Origin: Bugula neritina
Lineage: Eukaryota; Animalia; Bryozoa
DNA length: 64,000 bases
Direction of reading: 5' to 3'
NCBI GenBank assembly: GCA_964035545.1
Contig: OZ037771.1
Location: 13,577,133-13,641,132, forward strand
Shown here: in pieces, positions 1 through 19,685 of the stretch
Position numbering within the stretch: position 1 is the stretch's first letter
How the letters are laid out: every line of letters starts with the position of its first letter
The notes under the pieces: model-generated
What the model saw: only the letters and a program-made list of their open reading frames with translations
Told to the model about the DNA's origin: nothing
The model's database searches: none
Made by a program: the position numbers and the translations under genes

Positions 1-719
1 TCTTTCAAAGTAATATCCACATGTATCTTTGGAGCTTAGTTCTTGCATTTTCTTGTTTCATTTTATCATTTCAGCAAGTCTGTACTTTTGACAATATTTT
101 ATTTATTATGCATTTAATGCCACATTATATATACCTAAATTCAGTTACAAAATTTAGAAAGCTGTCTTAATTTTAAAGAGTTATTTATAATATATATATA
201 ATTGTAGCTATTATAGCAATTTTATCTCAATCATGTGTCCATGCATTTATTAGTGCGGGTAAAATATATTGTGTGTTATGCAAACATATTATTCACTTCA
301 ATATTAATCTGAACTTTAATTTAACAGATATTTATGCTTAAAGTTGATATTGAAACATGTTCCTGACAGAATTAAGTAACATGTTGAAGCAGATCTAAAC
401 AGTGCATGCATGTGAAGATGCATTAAGCTATAATGTTCTTATGTTATAGCTATATTATATGAACCACACAGACTGTTTTGAAGCATTCTAAGATGAATAA
501 TATTTATTTGCTGGGGAGGGGGGAAGTTTAATAATTTCAAGTTAGATTATAATCAAAATTTTCATTAAATAACCGGTGTGTTTTAAGTTACTTGAGCTTT
601 ACATTACACTAATTATTCCTACAATGTTAATTTACTCAAAGAGCATAACATACACTACAGTATTCATATATATAATAATTTACCTATACAAAGAGTATAC
701 AAAGCATGATATATTACGT

Positions 720-944
720 GGTGTCTGGCGAAATTGGCATTAGTAAAATAGCACAGGTAAAAATGGCACAATAAGTAATAATAATGGTACAAATGACAAA
801 GTATGGGTAAAAGTGGCACACTTTCAATATTAGGGTTTGAGTTGCGGTTTGGGAAATTTTAACATCAGTTTATCATTTTTTTTCTATTTTGGCATTTGTG
901 CCCAATTATTACCAGTGTCATTTTCACTGTGCCATTTCTACCTG
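720..944 (+). mobile_element. Dispersed ~225-bp MITE-like repeat (GGTAAAAATGGCACA family)
   Basis: Repeated GGTAAAAATGGCACA motifs at the left and inverted TGTGCCATTT..ACC at the right. Other copies at 13386..13610 (+), 29806..30025 (-), 57730..57906 (-) and partial 58930..59046. Confidence 0.75.
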
Positions 945-2045
945 AAATGAAGCTAAATATATGTGAAGTTGACACACTGTTATATTATTGTTGTTATCAT
1001 GCATATCGGTATAAACATCCTATTTCATTGAGCAAAGTTTTACCTTTTGTTTCATTATAATTTACATTACATGTTGATTTTCAGATATTGTTATATATAG
1101 CCTTACTCCAGGCAGAATGAGATCAGACTGGCAGGATATTATAGTTATGAAGCTCCAGGGTACAATGTAGATGCTGCACTGAGTTCTAGAAACTTCAGTG
1201 AAGCTGTCTATTGCTGCTGCTGCTGACACACTATAAAGCTACTATTCTTGTTGTTGAAATGCAAGCAGAAGTCACTACATCTTGTGTTGGCTATAATTTA
1301 GTTTCAATAAGAAAAGTTTTAATTTCTTTGAAATGAGAAAAAAATTATTTCAGTGACTTGAAGATCAAAATAGTATATCTCACTGCAGTAAATTGCGAAA
1401 CAAATGCATTCAATCTTCATGTATAAGTATAACAAGAAATTTTCCAGTTGAGGATTCTGATGTAATTTATATATGCAGATATATATAACAAACTGTATTA
1501 CGGTGCTCTCTCTGTAGCTCACGGGTTCTCTTCTCACCAAATTCTATAGATTACAAAAAAGTTTGGACTCTAGCAGTTTCTGACTAATGATGAAAAGCCG
1601 TGACTTAGATTTTTTGAGTCAAATTTGACTTTCAAAGAAGGAGAAACTATGTCTTGTATCAAAGATGGGAAAACATAAGAATAGTGTTGCTAATTGACAG
1701 TCATCTGATTAAAATTCAAATCCAGTTGTATATTATATATTGACAATAATTTAGCATAAATAGCCAGAGGTTATTTAATATAGCTGCTGTATGTATCTTA
1801 TGTATATGCATTATTATATAAAGGACATTAAGTGGCCAAGTTTAAATTTAGATCAATTAAATATGCTTAGCATATAACACATGCAGAAATATTATGCATG
1901 CTTTGTTTATAAAAATAACATATTACTTTGATTGACTTTACAAAAGAAAACTGTCAAAGATAATAACTATATGACGTTCTGGAACTGCAACTCAATTATA
2001 TATTAGGTATGAAGTTTTCACTTCACCTTCTGAAAACTTATGACC

Positions 2046-2585
2046 GGTGTCATCCAAATAGACCATTGGCTAAACTTTCCACTTAGACGCTTCCCAGTTA
2101 GATGCCATTTATTTATATTGGTACAATATATATTTTAAGTGCAATTTATTTGAATATCATTTAATTATATATGTATGTTTAAATAAAGGACATATTAAGC
2201 ACATAAATAAATTGCTTTGATCTGCATTAAAATATCACTTCCCTTTTTTTTGCTTTCTTGAACAGGTATTTTGTTAATGAGTATTCAGTAATTGAAGATT
2301 ATGTTTATTACTAAAATATTACTGCTTTTTTCCTACACAAATCTAAAAAAATAGAACATTATTCCAGATAATTCATGTTAGATATTTTATAGCTATTAGC
2401 ATTGTAGCTATGTGGCAATGAATGCAACAGTTATATACATATATAGATACATTGCTATAGGGGTATAATTATATGACACCAAAATAAAAAATAGCGTGTA
2501 ACTGGGAATCGTCTAAGTGGGAAATTTAGCCTTTAGCTATCATCTATAACTGCATAAGAATTAAGAGTCTATCTAAGATGAAGCC
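2046..2585. mobile_element. ~540-bp MITE with long terminal inverted repeats
   Basis: GGCTAAACTTTCCACTTAGACGCTTCCCAGTTA (2068) is the near-perfect reverse complement of TAACTGGGAATCGTCTAAGTGGGAAATTTAGCC (ends 2531). AT-rich non-coding interior; further copies at ~14702..15239 and ~16771..17237. Confidence 0.85.
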
Positions 2586-3580
2586 TTCTGACCATAAGTG
2601 GAGTAAACTGAGTAAACTACTAGGCTAGGCACTGGTTATAATAATTCATCTTTATTTTTAATGTAAAACCATTAATAACCTTTCTTATATAACAGACCAA
2701 CCATTAACCTATTAAACAGCAATGTTAATTTTATAATACATGAGCAACTGACAGTTATACAAAAACATAAATACAATAAATATCATTATTCATGCACATT
2801 GAAGTTACAACACTATAAATTGTCAAAACTTTAAACAAAACTTGAATATATATAATGATATAATGCAATATAAAATTATAGCTGCCTTGTAGGCCTATGC
2901 CTCTTAGAATACTGATTACTAATTGTATTTGTCATCTGTTGTTTGCTATAAATAGCTTAAGATACAGGCTATTCTCTAATGTGAATGTTTGTGCAAAACC
3001 ATGTAATTGCAAAGTTCTTGATTATACCAGACCCATAAGACTTTTGCTCCAGCTATAACAATTCAAGCCTGAAATCTCTAGATTGCAGGCAGCTATTTCA
3101 TTCACTACACCACAGGGGTTACTAGGTGTACTCAACAATACAACGTTATTATAATAGTAGTTAAAGTTTTGGGTGTTTGAAATGACAGTGGCCTTTGTCT
3201 CTTGCATTAGAATACAATTATAATAATTGTTATAAGCTTTGTAATATATTCAGTCTGACAAAGCTGCATGTGTCATACAAAGTACACGGTGAAAATTAAC
3301 TACGTTAACCCACAAACTAGTCGTTATAATAAAATGTCTAATAGCAAGATAACATATAATTATATTCTTACTTATTCTAAACTCTTATATTATGTGTAAT
3401 TTTATTACTGTGTAAATACTGTTTATATCTTTAATTCTATGTATATATTATAATTGATTGCTGTTTACAAGAAAGGAAAGATGGTGATTTTCTCTCCACG
3501 TTTGGACTGTAGTTTGAATATTACAGGTAAAGCAGCTTCTCAGTTGATTGCAGCTAATTGTCTGTTGAAAGAGAACCAAA

Positions 3581-3604
3581 ATGCGTAGCTGGAGCTTTTT
3601 ATTT
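3581..3604 (+). pseudogene. Orphan duplicate of exon 1 of propeller gene 1 (MRSWSFLF)
   Basis: AACCAAA-ATGCGTAGCTGGAGCTTTTTATTT|GTAAGT is identical to 16221..16244. The duplication ends ~160 bp later, before exon 2. Confidence 0.7.
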
Positions 3605-4056
3605 GTAAGTAGTTTATAAATATTTTATGGGTAACTTAAAAAACCTTTTATATGAAACACAATTAGCACATGCAGGGCTACTCTGTTTATATCAGACAAT
3701 GGCACAAATAATTCAGTACGAAGTGCAAATGCAAGTAGAATCTAAAGACATAATGGCCCACTTTGCGCTTCAGTGAACCCGTAGAGACGAGAAGATATAA
3801 GTGTTTGTATAACATTACTAATTACAGGCTTACTAGCTGACAGGCTAATAATGACTAGCTTTCTGTGTACTTTATTTATAGAGCATACACAATGGAATGT
3901 TGATACAGCCCTAATTGAGGTAGCTGCCTAATCTCTACATTTCCATTATCCCGCTATGCAAATGGGTTTTTTCATTCAGCCTATGGAAATAGTTTCATGG
4001 AAGCAAAACCCCAGCCGGCTCCTTCCATATGAAAAGTTTTACTTCGAATTATGACA

Positions 4057-4265
4057 ACTCACGCAAGTTTATAGTCGATATCCTTGTGAGAAACCTCCGA
4101 TAGTAAGGACTTTTTGTTAAAACGGGCCAAGGACTTATTAAGATGAGGCACAAAAGCAATTATGACTGAAAGCTCTTCCTAACATCACCAATGGTCTTTG
4201 TCTGGGCTCGAACCCATAACCTCGTGTTTACTAGGCAAACGGTCTGACCCCTAGACCACGGCTGC
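4057..4265 (-). mobile_element. tRNA-derived SINE, family 1 (tRNA-Thr(AGT)-like head)
   Basis: Minus strand reads GCAGCCGTGGTCTAGGGGTCAGACCGTTTGCCTAGTAAACACGAGGTTATGGGTTCGAGCCC (A and B boxes), then core CCATTGGTGATGTTAGGAAGAGC..CAGTCATAATTGCT. Seven copies in the window. Confidence 0.9.
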
Positions 4266-4697
4266 TTCTTTACTTTGCATTATGAATTATTGATTAAATC
4301 AAATGAAACATTTTGTGACAGGCAGAGATCAGCGATTGTGGCAGCTTGTTAGTAGTTACATTATATGAATGTAAGCATGCAACTTACACTATCAAGTAAT
4401 TTTATAGAAAAGATACCATATAGATCTGCCCATATATAACTATACCAGTATATACAACTTTCAACCAATCTTATTATAGATGAATAGAAATAAAATAAGC
4501 TATCAAGTGTAAAGGGATTATGGGCGCTTTCGGATTCCCCACGAGTAGCCTATAGGGGGGGGGGGGGGTAACAAAATGAGCAGCTATTCATGAGGCAATA
4601 GAATGAGTCACCAGATTCTCCTCATATAGACTTGTCTTCTCGTGTATCACATGTAGACTAGAGAAAATAGAGTATATACATAATATATAATATGTTA

Positions 4698-4821
4698 ATC
4701 ATGTGGCACCAACAGTGCACCCACTTGTTATTCAGTGTCACAGCTGTAGACAGATGAGTAGAGTATAGCCCGCTAGTCATGTGACACCAGCAGTGCAACC
4801 ACTTGTTATTCAGTGTCACAG
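4698..4821 (+). repeat. Two ~46-bp direct repeats, 78-bp period
   Basis: TCATGTG(G/A)CACCA(A/G)CAGTGCA(C/A)CCACTTGTTATTCAGTGTCACAG occurs twice. Confidence 0.85.
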
Positions 4822-6249
4822 TATTATAACTATATTTATACATGCAATGGAATAATACTATCTACTATTATTTCATTATTCATTTACACTCACTGAATTG
4901 AGTATATATGGGTTATTGATAAGCTAAATATAATGTGTATAAATAAACAAAAAGTACATGAATATTTAAAACTAGACAATTCTCTCAGAAAGAGATATGA
5001 GAGAGATATAGAGATATGCTTGTTAGACTATATACAAGATGCATGGATCAGCTATATAACTGATAGCAGACAACTCTGTACAATCATGGGTTATGCTGCT
5101 AGGAATCTGAGGCTTCGTTATGGAACTAATGCTATAGCATAAACGTATTTACGCCTAATATGAAGAAAGAGTTTCAATAGGTTCCTGCTGTTTATTATGA
5201 ACACCTGCGAAGAGTTGTATTTATGTAATACTTTCTAGGTGGGCTTTAAACAAACAGTCATATTGATTATATTATGTATTAGCCTTATTCTTATTTTGTA
5301 TTGTATAGATTTTTTATAACTGCTTGAAAAATAATAAACAAGTATTGATTTCTAAGCTGTACATTCATGCAGCTTAGAAAAGGTTCATATAGATTCCAGC
5401 AAATAACAACGAGGGTTGCTATTTGCTTACGTGTTGTTCATTTATTAGCTCAACACTCTCTATAATTTGACATCCATTGTATGTTAAACTCTGGTATTTA
5501 ACTCATTAACATGTATGTTATTCCCATAGATTGTTGAATTCATTACAAAGACGGTTGTTATAGATTACAGAGACAGCAGAGTTCTAAAGAGTTATATTAA
5601 TATATTAAACTAGCAATCTATATCTGGACATATATAACTATATACATTGTAATCTATTGAATGGTGAGTTACTGCTATTATATGATATGGAGGTGTCTTT
5701 ATCTTGTATGTGTATATGTAAGTTGTATACTTATTCTTAATTATTTGCAGATCAACCTGTAACCATGGTAACCTAGTGCGATTTGCAATAAAGAAAAGAA
5801 AGCTGCTTCTGAAACAAAGAATAAATAACATGGCGTAAATTTGCCAAAGGTAAAAATATATATATTTTAATATACAGCTAATAGTAGGAAACTTATAGTC
5901 TAGAAGTATATATAGATCACATCTAATATATATGTAATACATACATACAACGCTCCATGCTACCATGAAAACACTCTTCTCTAAAATGAATGTTGCGCTT
6001 TGATTCCTACAAAATTGTATGTTAATTGTGAATATGTTGTCGGTTTTTTATTATCAAATTACAGTTTGATCCTATAAATATTATATGTTAAATATGCAAT
6101 GCTATCAGATAATGTATTCTATTGAATTGATGTATTGGGAAAAGTGCTACAATATATTCTATATTTATTGTACTGTATAACTAATGACAAGTGAATAGGT
6201 ACTCACGTTCACTGTTCCAATACTCAGGTACAACATAACATGGTGAATC

Positions 6250-12221
<5,972 letters not shown>

Positions 12222-13385
12222 CAGACATATTTATCACACACCTGGTTGCCTGCAAAATATTCAGGCTATGTTTTTCACTCTTGTCAAGCCTGTGAGTTGT
12301 GCTGTTTCCAGCATGTATATAGCATTGCTAATAATTGTTGAGTTTTTCATTCTATAAGCCAGTTTCACGGAACACATATTTTAGCTTTATGGTACTTTCA
12401 TTGAGGTATTTTATGGCTCTGCTTTTATAATACATACAAATATAATAATTTTTACAATACCTACTACCCTAAAGGATCAGTTGAGTTTAGTCTTCAGTAA
12501 CATCCATTTTTGATATTTTTGTATAGAATATTTTTGGGAAGGTGTGATTTATATTATATATAACTTTATTATTGTATGCTTAATTATATGTTGCTTATTT
12601 TACCTATACAATGCAAATTTCAAATTGTAATCAACTTTTCGGCTCTAGTAAGAATTCAAAGATATTTCTTTCAAAGTAATATTCACATGTATCTTTGGAG
12701 CTTAGTTCTTGCATTTTCTTCTTTCATTTTATCATTTCAGCAAGTCTGTACTTTTGACAATATTTTATTTATTATGCATTTAATGCCACATTATATATGC
12801 CTAAATTCAGTTACAAAATTTAGAAAGCTGTCTTAATTTTAAAGAGTTATTTATAATATATATATAATTGTAGCTATTATAGCAATTTTATCTCAATCAT
12901 GTGTCCATGCATTTATTAGTGCGGGTAAAATATATTGTGTGTTATGCAAACATATTATTCACTTCAATATTAATCTGAACTTTAATTTAACAGATATTTA
13001 TGCTTAAAGGTGATATTGAAACATGTTCCTGACAGAATTAAGTAACATGTTGAAGCAGATCTAAACAGTGCATGCATGTGAAGATGCATTAAGCTATAAT
13101 GTTCTTATGTTATAGCTATATTATATGAACCACACAGACTGTTTTGAAGCATTCTAAGATGAATAATATTTATTTGCTGGGGAGGGGGGAAGTTTAATAA
13201 TTTCAAGTTAGATTATAATCAAAATTTTCACTAAATAACCGGTGTGTTTTAAGTTACTTGAGCTTTACATTACACTAATTATTCCTACAATGTTAATTTA
13301 CTCAAAGAGCATAACATACACTACAGTATTCATATATATAATAATTTACCTATACAAAGAGTATACAAAGCATGATATATTACGT

Positions 13386-13610
13386 GGTGTCTGGCGAAAT
13401 TGGCATTAGTAAAATAGCACAGGTAAAAATGGCACAATAAGTAATAATAATGGTACAAATGACAAAGTATGGGTAAAAGTGGCACACTTTCAATATTAGG
13501 GTTTGAGTTACGGTTTGGGAAATTTTAACATCAGTTTATCATTTTTTTTCTATTTTGGCATTTGTGCCCAATTATTACCAGTGTCATTTTCACTGTGCCA
13601 TTTCTACCTG
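13386..13610 (+). mobile_element. GGTAAAAATGGCACA-family MITE-like repeat, copy inside the duplication
   Basis: Near-identical to 720..944. Confidence 0.75.
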
Positions 13611-14701
13611 AAATGAAGCTAAATATATGTGAAGTTGACACACTGTTATATTATTGTTGTTATCATGCATATCGGTATAAACATCCTATTTCATTGAGCA
13701 AAGTTTTACCTTTTGTTTCATTATAATTTACATTACATGTTGATTTTCAGATATTGTTATATATAGCCTTACTCCAGGCAGAATGAGATCAGACTGGCAG
13801 GTTGTTATAGTTATGAAGCTCCAGGGTACAATGTAAATGCTGCACTGAGTTCTAGAAACTTCAGTGAAGCTGTCTATTGCTGCTGCTGCTGCACTATATA
13901 GAGCTACTATTTTTGTTGTTGAAACGCAAGCAGAAGTCACTATATCTTGTGTTAACTATTTAATTTCAATAAAAAAAGTTTTAATTTCTTTACTGAAATG
14001 AGAAAAAAATATCTCAGGGACTTGAAGATCAAAATAGTATCTCACTGCAGTAAATTGTGAAACAAATGCATTTAATCTTCATGTATAAGTATAACAAAAA
14101 ATTTTCCAGTTGAGGATTATGATGGAATTTATATATGCAGATATATATAACAAACTGTATTACGGTGCTCTCTCTGTAGCTCACAGGTTCTCTTCTCACC
14201 AAATTCTATAGATTACAAAAAGAAAGTTTGGACTCTAGCAGTTTCTGACTAATGATGAAAAGCCGTGACTTAGATTTTTTGAGTCAAATTTAACTTTCAA
14301 AGAAGGAGAAACTATGTCTTGTATCAAAGATGGGAAAACATAAGAATAGTGTTGCTAATTGACAGTCATCTGATTAAAATTCAAATCCAGTTGTATATTA
14401 TATATTGACAAGAATTTAGCATAAATAGCTAGAGGTCATTTAATACAGCTGCTGTATGTATCTTGTGTATATGCATTATTATATAAAGGACATAAGTGGC
14501 CAAATATAAATTTAGATCAATTAAATATGCTTAGCATATTACTTGCAGAAATATTATGTATTCTTTGTTTATAAAACAAACATATTACTTTGATTGACTC
14601 TACAAAAGAAAACTATCAAAGATAATAACTATATGGCGTTTTGGAACTGCAACACAATTATATTGGGTATGAAGTTTTCACTTCACCTTCTTTATATGAC
14701 C

Positions 14702-15239
14702 GGTGTCATCCAGATAGAGGATATAGGCTAAATTTCCCACTTGAACGTTTTTCAGTTAGATGCTATTTATTTATATTAGAACAATATATATTTTATGTGC
14801 AATTTATTTGAATATTATTTAAATATATGTATATTTAAATAAAGGACATATTGGACGCATAAATACATTTCTTTGATCTGCATTAAAGTATTTTTTCTAC
14901 ATGTTTTTTGCTTTTTTTGAACAAATTTTTTGTTAATGAGTATTCATTAATTAAAGATAATGTTTATTATTTATATATTACTGCTTTTTGTCCCACACAA
15001 ATGTATGAAAATTAGAACATTATATTCCAGATAATTCATGCTAGGTATTTAGCTATTAGCATTTTAGCTATGTGGCAATGAATGGAACAGTTATACATAT
15101 ATAGATATATTACTATCGGTATATAATTATATGGAACCAAAATAACAAATAGCGTGTAACTGGGAATCGTCTAAGTGGGAAACTTAGCCTAGCTATCGTC
15201 TAACTGCATGGAAATTAAGAGTCTATCTGGCACGAAACC
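14702..15239. mobile_element. MITE, same family as 2046..2585 (homologous position in the duplication)
   Basis: GGCTAAATTTCCCACTTG... at the left and ...GTCTAAGTGGGAAACTTAGCC at the right. Confidence 0.8.
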
Positions 15240-16220
15240 TTCTGTCCATAAGTAAAGTAAACTGAGTAAACCACTAGGCCAGGCACTGGTTACATTAATT
15301 CATCTTTATTTTTATTGTAAAACCATTACCAACCTTTCTTATATAACAGACCAACCATTACCCGTTTAAAAAATGTTAATTTGATAATATATGAGCAACT
15401 GACAATAATACAAAAATATAAATACAAGAAATATCAATATTCATGCACATTGAAGTTACAACACTATAAATTATCAAAAAAACAAAACTTGAATATAGAA
15501 TGATATAATGTAATATAAAATTATAGCTGCCTTGTGGGTCTATGCCTATTAGAATACTGATTACTAATTGTATTTGTCATCTGTTGTTTGCTATAAATAG
15601 CTTAAAATACAGGCTATTCTCTAATGTGAATGTTTGTGCAAAACCATGTAATTGCAAAGTTCTTGATCATACCAGGCTCATAAGACTTTTGCTCCAACTA
15701 AAATTTGAACCTGAAACCTCTAGATTGCAGGCAGCTATTTCATTCACTACACCACAGGGGTTACTGGGTATACTCAACACTACAATATTATTATAATAGT
15801 AGTTAAAGGTTTGGGTGTTTGAAATGACAGTGGCCTTTGTCTCTTGCATTAGAATACAATTATAATAATTGTTATAAGCTTTGTAATATAATCAGTCTGA
15901 TGAAGCTCCATGTCATACAAAGTACATGGTGAAAATTAACCAACCTAACCCACAAACTAGTCGTTATAATAAAATGTATAATAGCAAGATAACATATAAT
16001 TATATTGTTACTTTTTCTAAACCCTTATATTATGTGTAATTTTATTGCCAAGTAAATACTGTTTATATCTTTAATTCTATGTATATATTATAATTGATTG
16101 CTGTTTACAAGGAAGGAAAGATGGTAATTTTCTCTCCAGGCATGGACTGTAGTTTGAATATTACAGGTAAAGCAGCTTCTCAGTTGATTGCAGGTAATTG
16201 TCTGCTGAAAAAGAACCAAA

Positions 16221-19200
16221 ATGCGTAGCTGGAGCTTTTTATTTGTAAGTATTGTATAAATATTTTACGGGTAACTTGAAATTTTTATATGAAATACAAT
16301 TAGCACATGCAGGGTTATTCTGTTTATATTAAACAATGGCACAAATAATTCATTTAATAATGTAGTGCAAGTAAAATTTAAATACATAATAACGCACTTT
16401 GTAGGAATTGTATTCATTTAAAATAATATTATTATTTGCTTGTTATACATATTTAGATTGTGATATCCTTAACAGAATCGGTGCACTTTGTGCAAGCTGT
16501 GAAACCAAGGTAAATTATTAGTTATATTTATTTCTACATTATATTTCTATTTAGTATTGTAGTACCTAAACAACTACTATATTATATTATATTATATTAT
16601 ATTCAATTATTTAATTAATCAATTTATTGATCATATATAGATGTTATCATATAGTCAAACATTAGGATATGTATTATATAGTGCTGAAATTTAAAATGGA
16701 TTTTTAAAGTTCAAAAGTAAATAAGCTTTAAAAAGGATTAAAATGGAGAAAATGTTTTGGTTCATTGCAGATATAGACGCTTTCTAGTTAAACGCTATTC
16801 ATTTATTTTGGTACAATATATATTTTACGTGCAATCCATTTGAATATTATGTAATTAAATGTATGTTTAAATAAACTTAGATAAATTGTTTTCTATCAAG
16901 CACATAAATAAATTCCTTTGATCTGCATTAACTTATTAATATTGCAGATTCTTTATTTCCCATTGTTTGAAAAGAGTCTTTTGGTATTAAGTATTCATTA
17001 ATGTCTATTATCAATGTATTACTGCATGCTTGCTTGCTTAGCAAAAATTCACGAAAAGCAAGCTATTATTTCAGATAACTTATATTAGCTATTATAGCTA
17101 TTATAAGCATATTAGCTATTTAGCAATCAATACAACAGTTATATACATTATTATGGCTAAAAATAAAAAATAACGCGTATATAAGTTGGAAGCGTCCAAG
17201 TGGGAAATTAACCCTAGCGTCTATCTGGGATAAAACCAATTTTTTAGCTTATTTAGCAAAAATCCTTTCTATGTGGAGTAGGGAGGGCGTGAGGCATCTA
17301 ATAGACGTGGAGTCTATATACTTTAGTGAGTTTTTTTCTTTGCTAGAAGCTCCATACGTAACGACTTAATAATGCAATTAAATAGATCCCTAATTAACTA
17401 AAACCCTTCAGCTAATTATGTTATATTTCTAAGGTTGGGAATAAAAGCTGATAGTTTACCATGTTTATGTTTTCAGCATTTTATACAACGAGGAAGAGAG
17501 CTTTCTCAACACTAATGGTCCAGTTTTCCACATCGAACTCGATTACTATAAACGTGACGGCAGCCTTCTAATAGGAACCAACAAGCACCTCATAAGCACC
17601 GACGGTCTACAGAAAGCTAAACTAGCATCCTTCCTGGTGACAAGTTTCACGCAGAAGAACGCAACTCACGTGTTTGTAGTTGATCACTACAGACATTGCC
17701 TTAAAGTTCTCAACCGCGAGACAGATCAACTGAAGACCTTTGCGGGAACCTGCGTTACCAGTGGCTATGCTGAAGGGGGCGTAGGGAAGGGCAGACTTAA
17801 CAGACCGTGGGGTGTAGTGGTTGATGCTAGGAACCCAAACAGGCTTTTGGTAACTGATGAACTTAATCGTGCATTGAGATTTATTGACCTGAACAATGGA
17901 CACCTGGGAACCGAAAGTAGAGACGGCTTCTTTCATCCGAAAAGTTTGTTGTTTGCAGGAAATGATCTACTAGTGACCAACTATAATAGCGTTCTGAAAG
18001 TGAGCTGGTCCAATGGTAAAGTCAACAACATTCATCTGGCAGGAACTGAAAAGCAAGGCGATAGGCTTGGATCCTTTAATCAGGCTGCGTTTGGAGCCAT
18101 TATGAAGTTGGAAAAATTTAGCGACAATAAATATCTTATAGCTGATTACGGGAACAGAAAACTGAAGTTGCTGGACATGGAGAAGAAAACTGTGGGTGCG
18201 GTGTGCTTTAAAGATCAAACTATTGAGTGTAATTTTCCAGATAACCCATTGTCTATACTAAGTACTGGCGAAATACTGTATGTGGGCACCAAGACAGAAA
18301 TTCATAAGTTGACAGGTTAGTTGAAGTTACAAAATAGTTAAAAATATATACATTGTTCCATATTCTAATTCACTCAATAAATAAGTGAAATAAAAGATTA
18401 CTTTTGTGTGTATTTGTAGAAAAGTATTGAAAGTAGATGAAATTGCTGGTTTCTACTAAGTTTAAAAGTAAAATGAAAAGTTAGGAGTAAAAACTTTTAC
18501 TATAGTTTTAAATGCAAAAGTATAATAACCTATATTAATATTATATTTATATCGATCTGTAATACATCTTTAGATTTGTATTTAAATATAATATGCAAGC
18601 CTGAACAAAAATTCTAGTGTTTACAGTAGAGAACTAAACACAATAAATTAATTATAGTAGAAAATCTTAGATGCTGTGTTATTATCAGATACTTTTTTTC
18701 TGAAGATTGCTTAAAATTAATTAATTTGTAATTTATCACAAATTGATTAAATTATACTTATAGCTGTAAGGCATTGTTCTTTCACTTTGCAAACTGAAGG
18801 GATTTGTTAGTTGTAACAGAGTATTAGCAAATTAACAATGCCTAGGTATGGATCCCTTTGTTTGTTTGTTTCTGTGAACATGGCATGTTACATAATATGC
18901 TAACTTTTTTCAGAGTCTAAGGAAAATAAAAGACTTGTGTTTAAAGGAAAGTACGATGTTAGATGCCACATGATAGACTACACTAATTATAGAAGAGTAG
19001 CAATAGATAGCACTCTGGCAATGAGACGAGCACAACTTCAAGCAATCTGTGAAAAGCGTATGTATATCTGGGCTCATTGTAAGATCTTAAAATCATTGCT
19101 CGTAGCCACAATAGATACAATAGTGCCATGTTAGGTTTATCTACAACAGTTGGAGTCTGAGTGGAAGCAAACGTTTTATAGATTCTTCATTCAACTATCT

Positions 19201-19685
19201 ATCAAACATTTATTGGAGGCAAACATGCAGTTTAATTGTAACCAAGAGTTCTTTTAAAAAAGCTTTTTTGGAAACTTGCTTTAGCTAATTTAAATTTTTG
19301 AGCTTATAGGGCTGCAAGCAACAAAAATGCAGCTATTTTTTATATTGCCCTTTTCTTGTCAAATTCTATATTTACGTTAACAAATAAATTTTGTGAAACC
19401 GTGTACTTGAGACATCAAAGTATGTTAGCATATAGTTGGTCAACTTCTTTGTACGTGTATATATGTATGCGTATTGTGTTGTATTGTGTAGAATGCACTT
19501 TGTCTTTGATGATTCAACCGTACTACACATGTCGTGATGATCAGCTGACTATTTACTGGCCAACTGATCAGTTCTATCCTCCCAACACCCAAGAAGTGCC
19601 AAAGGAAATGGCAGAGAGATTAAAGATGAGATTGAGATTTTCAGAGCCTTTGAAGACCTTCAAGTTTTCCCTGGTGTTGTTATAG
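16221..19685 (+). CDS. Secreted NHL beta-propeller protein, paralog 1 (~417 aa, no HYR-like module)
   Basis: Exons 16221..16244, 16457..16509, 17477..18315, 18914..19057, 19492..19685; all GT-AG; total 1254 nt in frame. Hydrophobic start MRSWSFLFIVISLTESVHFVQA; NHL-like motifs AGTC..SGYAEG..G.GRL..PWG and LIADYGNRKLK. Confidence 0.85.
16771..17237. mobile_element. MITE, same family, left end truncated (intron 2 of propeller gene 1)
   Basis: TAGACGCTTTCTAGTTA..TTTATTTTGGTACAATATATATTTTA matches 2085-2137. Right end AAGCGTCCAAGTGGGAAATTAACCC..GTCTATCTGG. Confidence 0.75.

Larger units (their letters stand above)
1..3765 (+). repeat. Segmental duplication, copy A (paralogous to 12667..~16401)
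   Basis: Window start TCTTTCAAAGTAATATCCACATGTATCTTTGG recurs at 12667 (offset 12666). The two copies are collinear until ~3765/~16401 and share the same embedded MITEs and the same ATGCGTAGCTGGAGCTTTTTATTT|GTAAGT exon. Confidence 0.97.
12667..16401 (+). repeat. Segmental duplication, copy B (3' flank of the NTase-TPR gene through exon 1 of propeller gene 1)
   Basis: Collinear with 1..3765. About ten differences by eye in the first 1.1 kb, clearly more divergent around 14450-15500. Confidence 0.97.

Noticed and set aside
1102-1295. GC-richer segment with AG/GT-like ends on the minus strand (copy at 13768..13955; ORF 13728..13940)
   Set aside because: All three minus frames are interrupted in copy A, indels differ between the copies and there is no recognisable motif; at most a dead or non-coding exon.
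3022-3207. Similar small ORFs at 3022..3207 and 15667..15849
   Set aside because: Similarity is due to the segmental duplication and they overlap a degenerate tRNA-like repeat.
18316-18320. Stop codon immediately after propeller-exon donors (G|GTTAG) as a designed propeller-only isoform
   Set aside because: GTTAG donors also follow mini-HYR exons and stops are expected in AT-rich introns; no evidence without transcripts.
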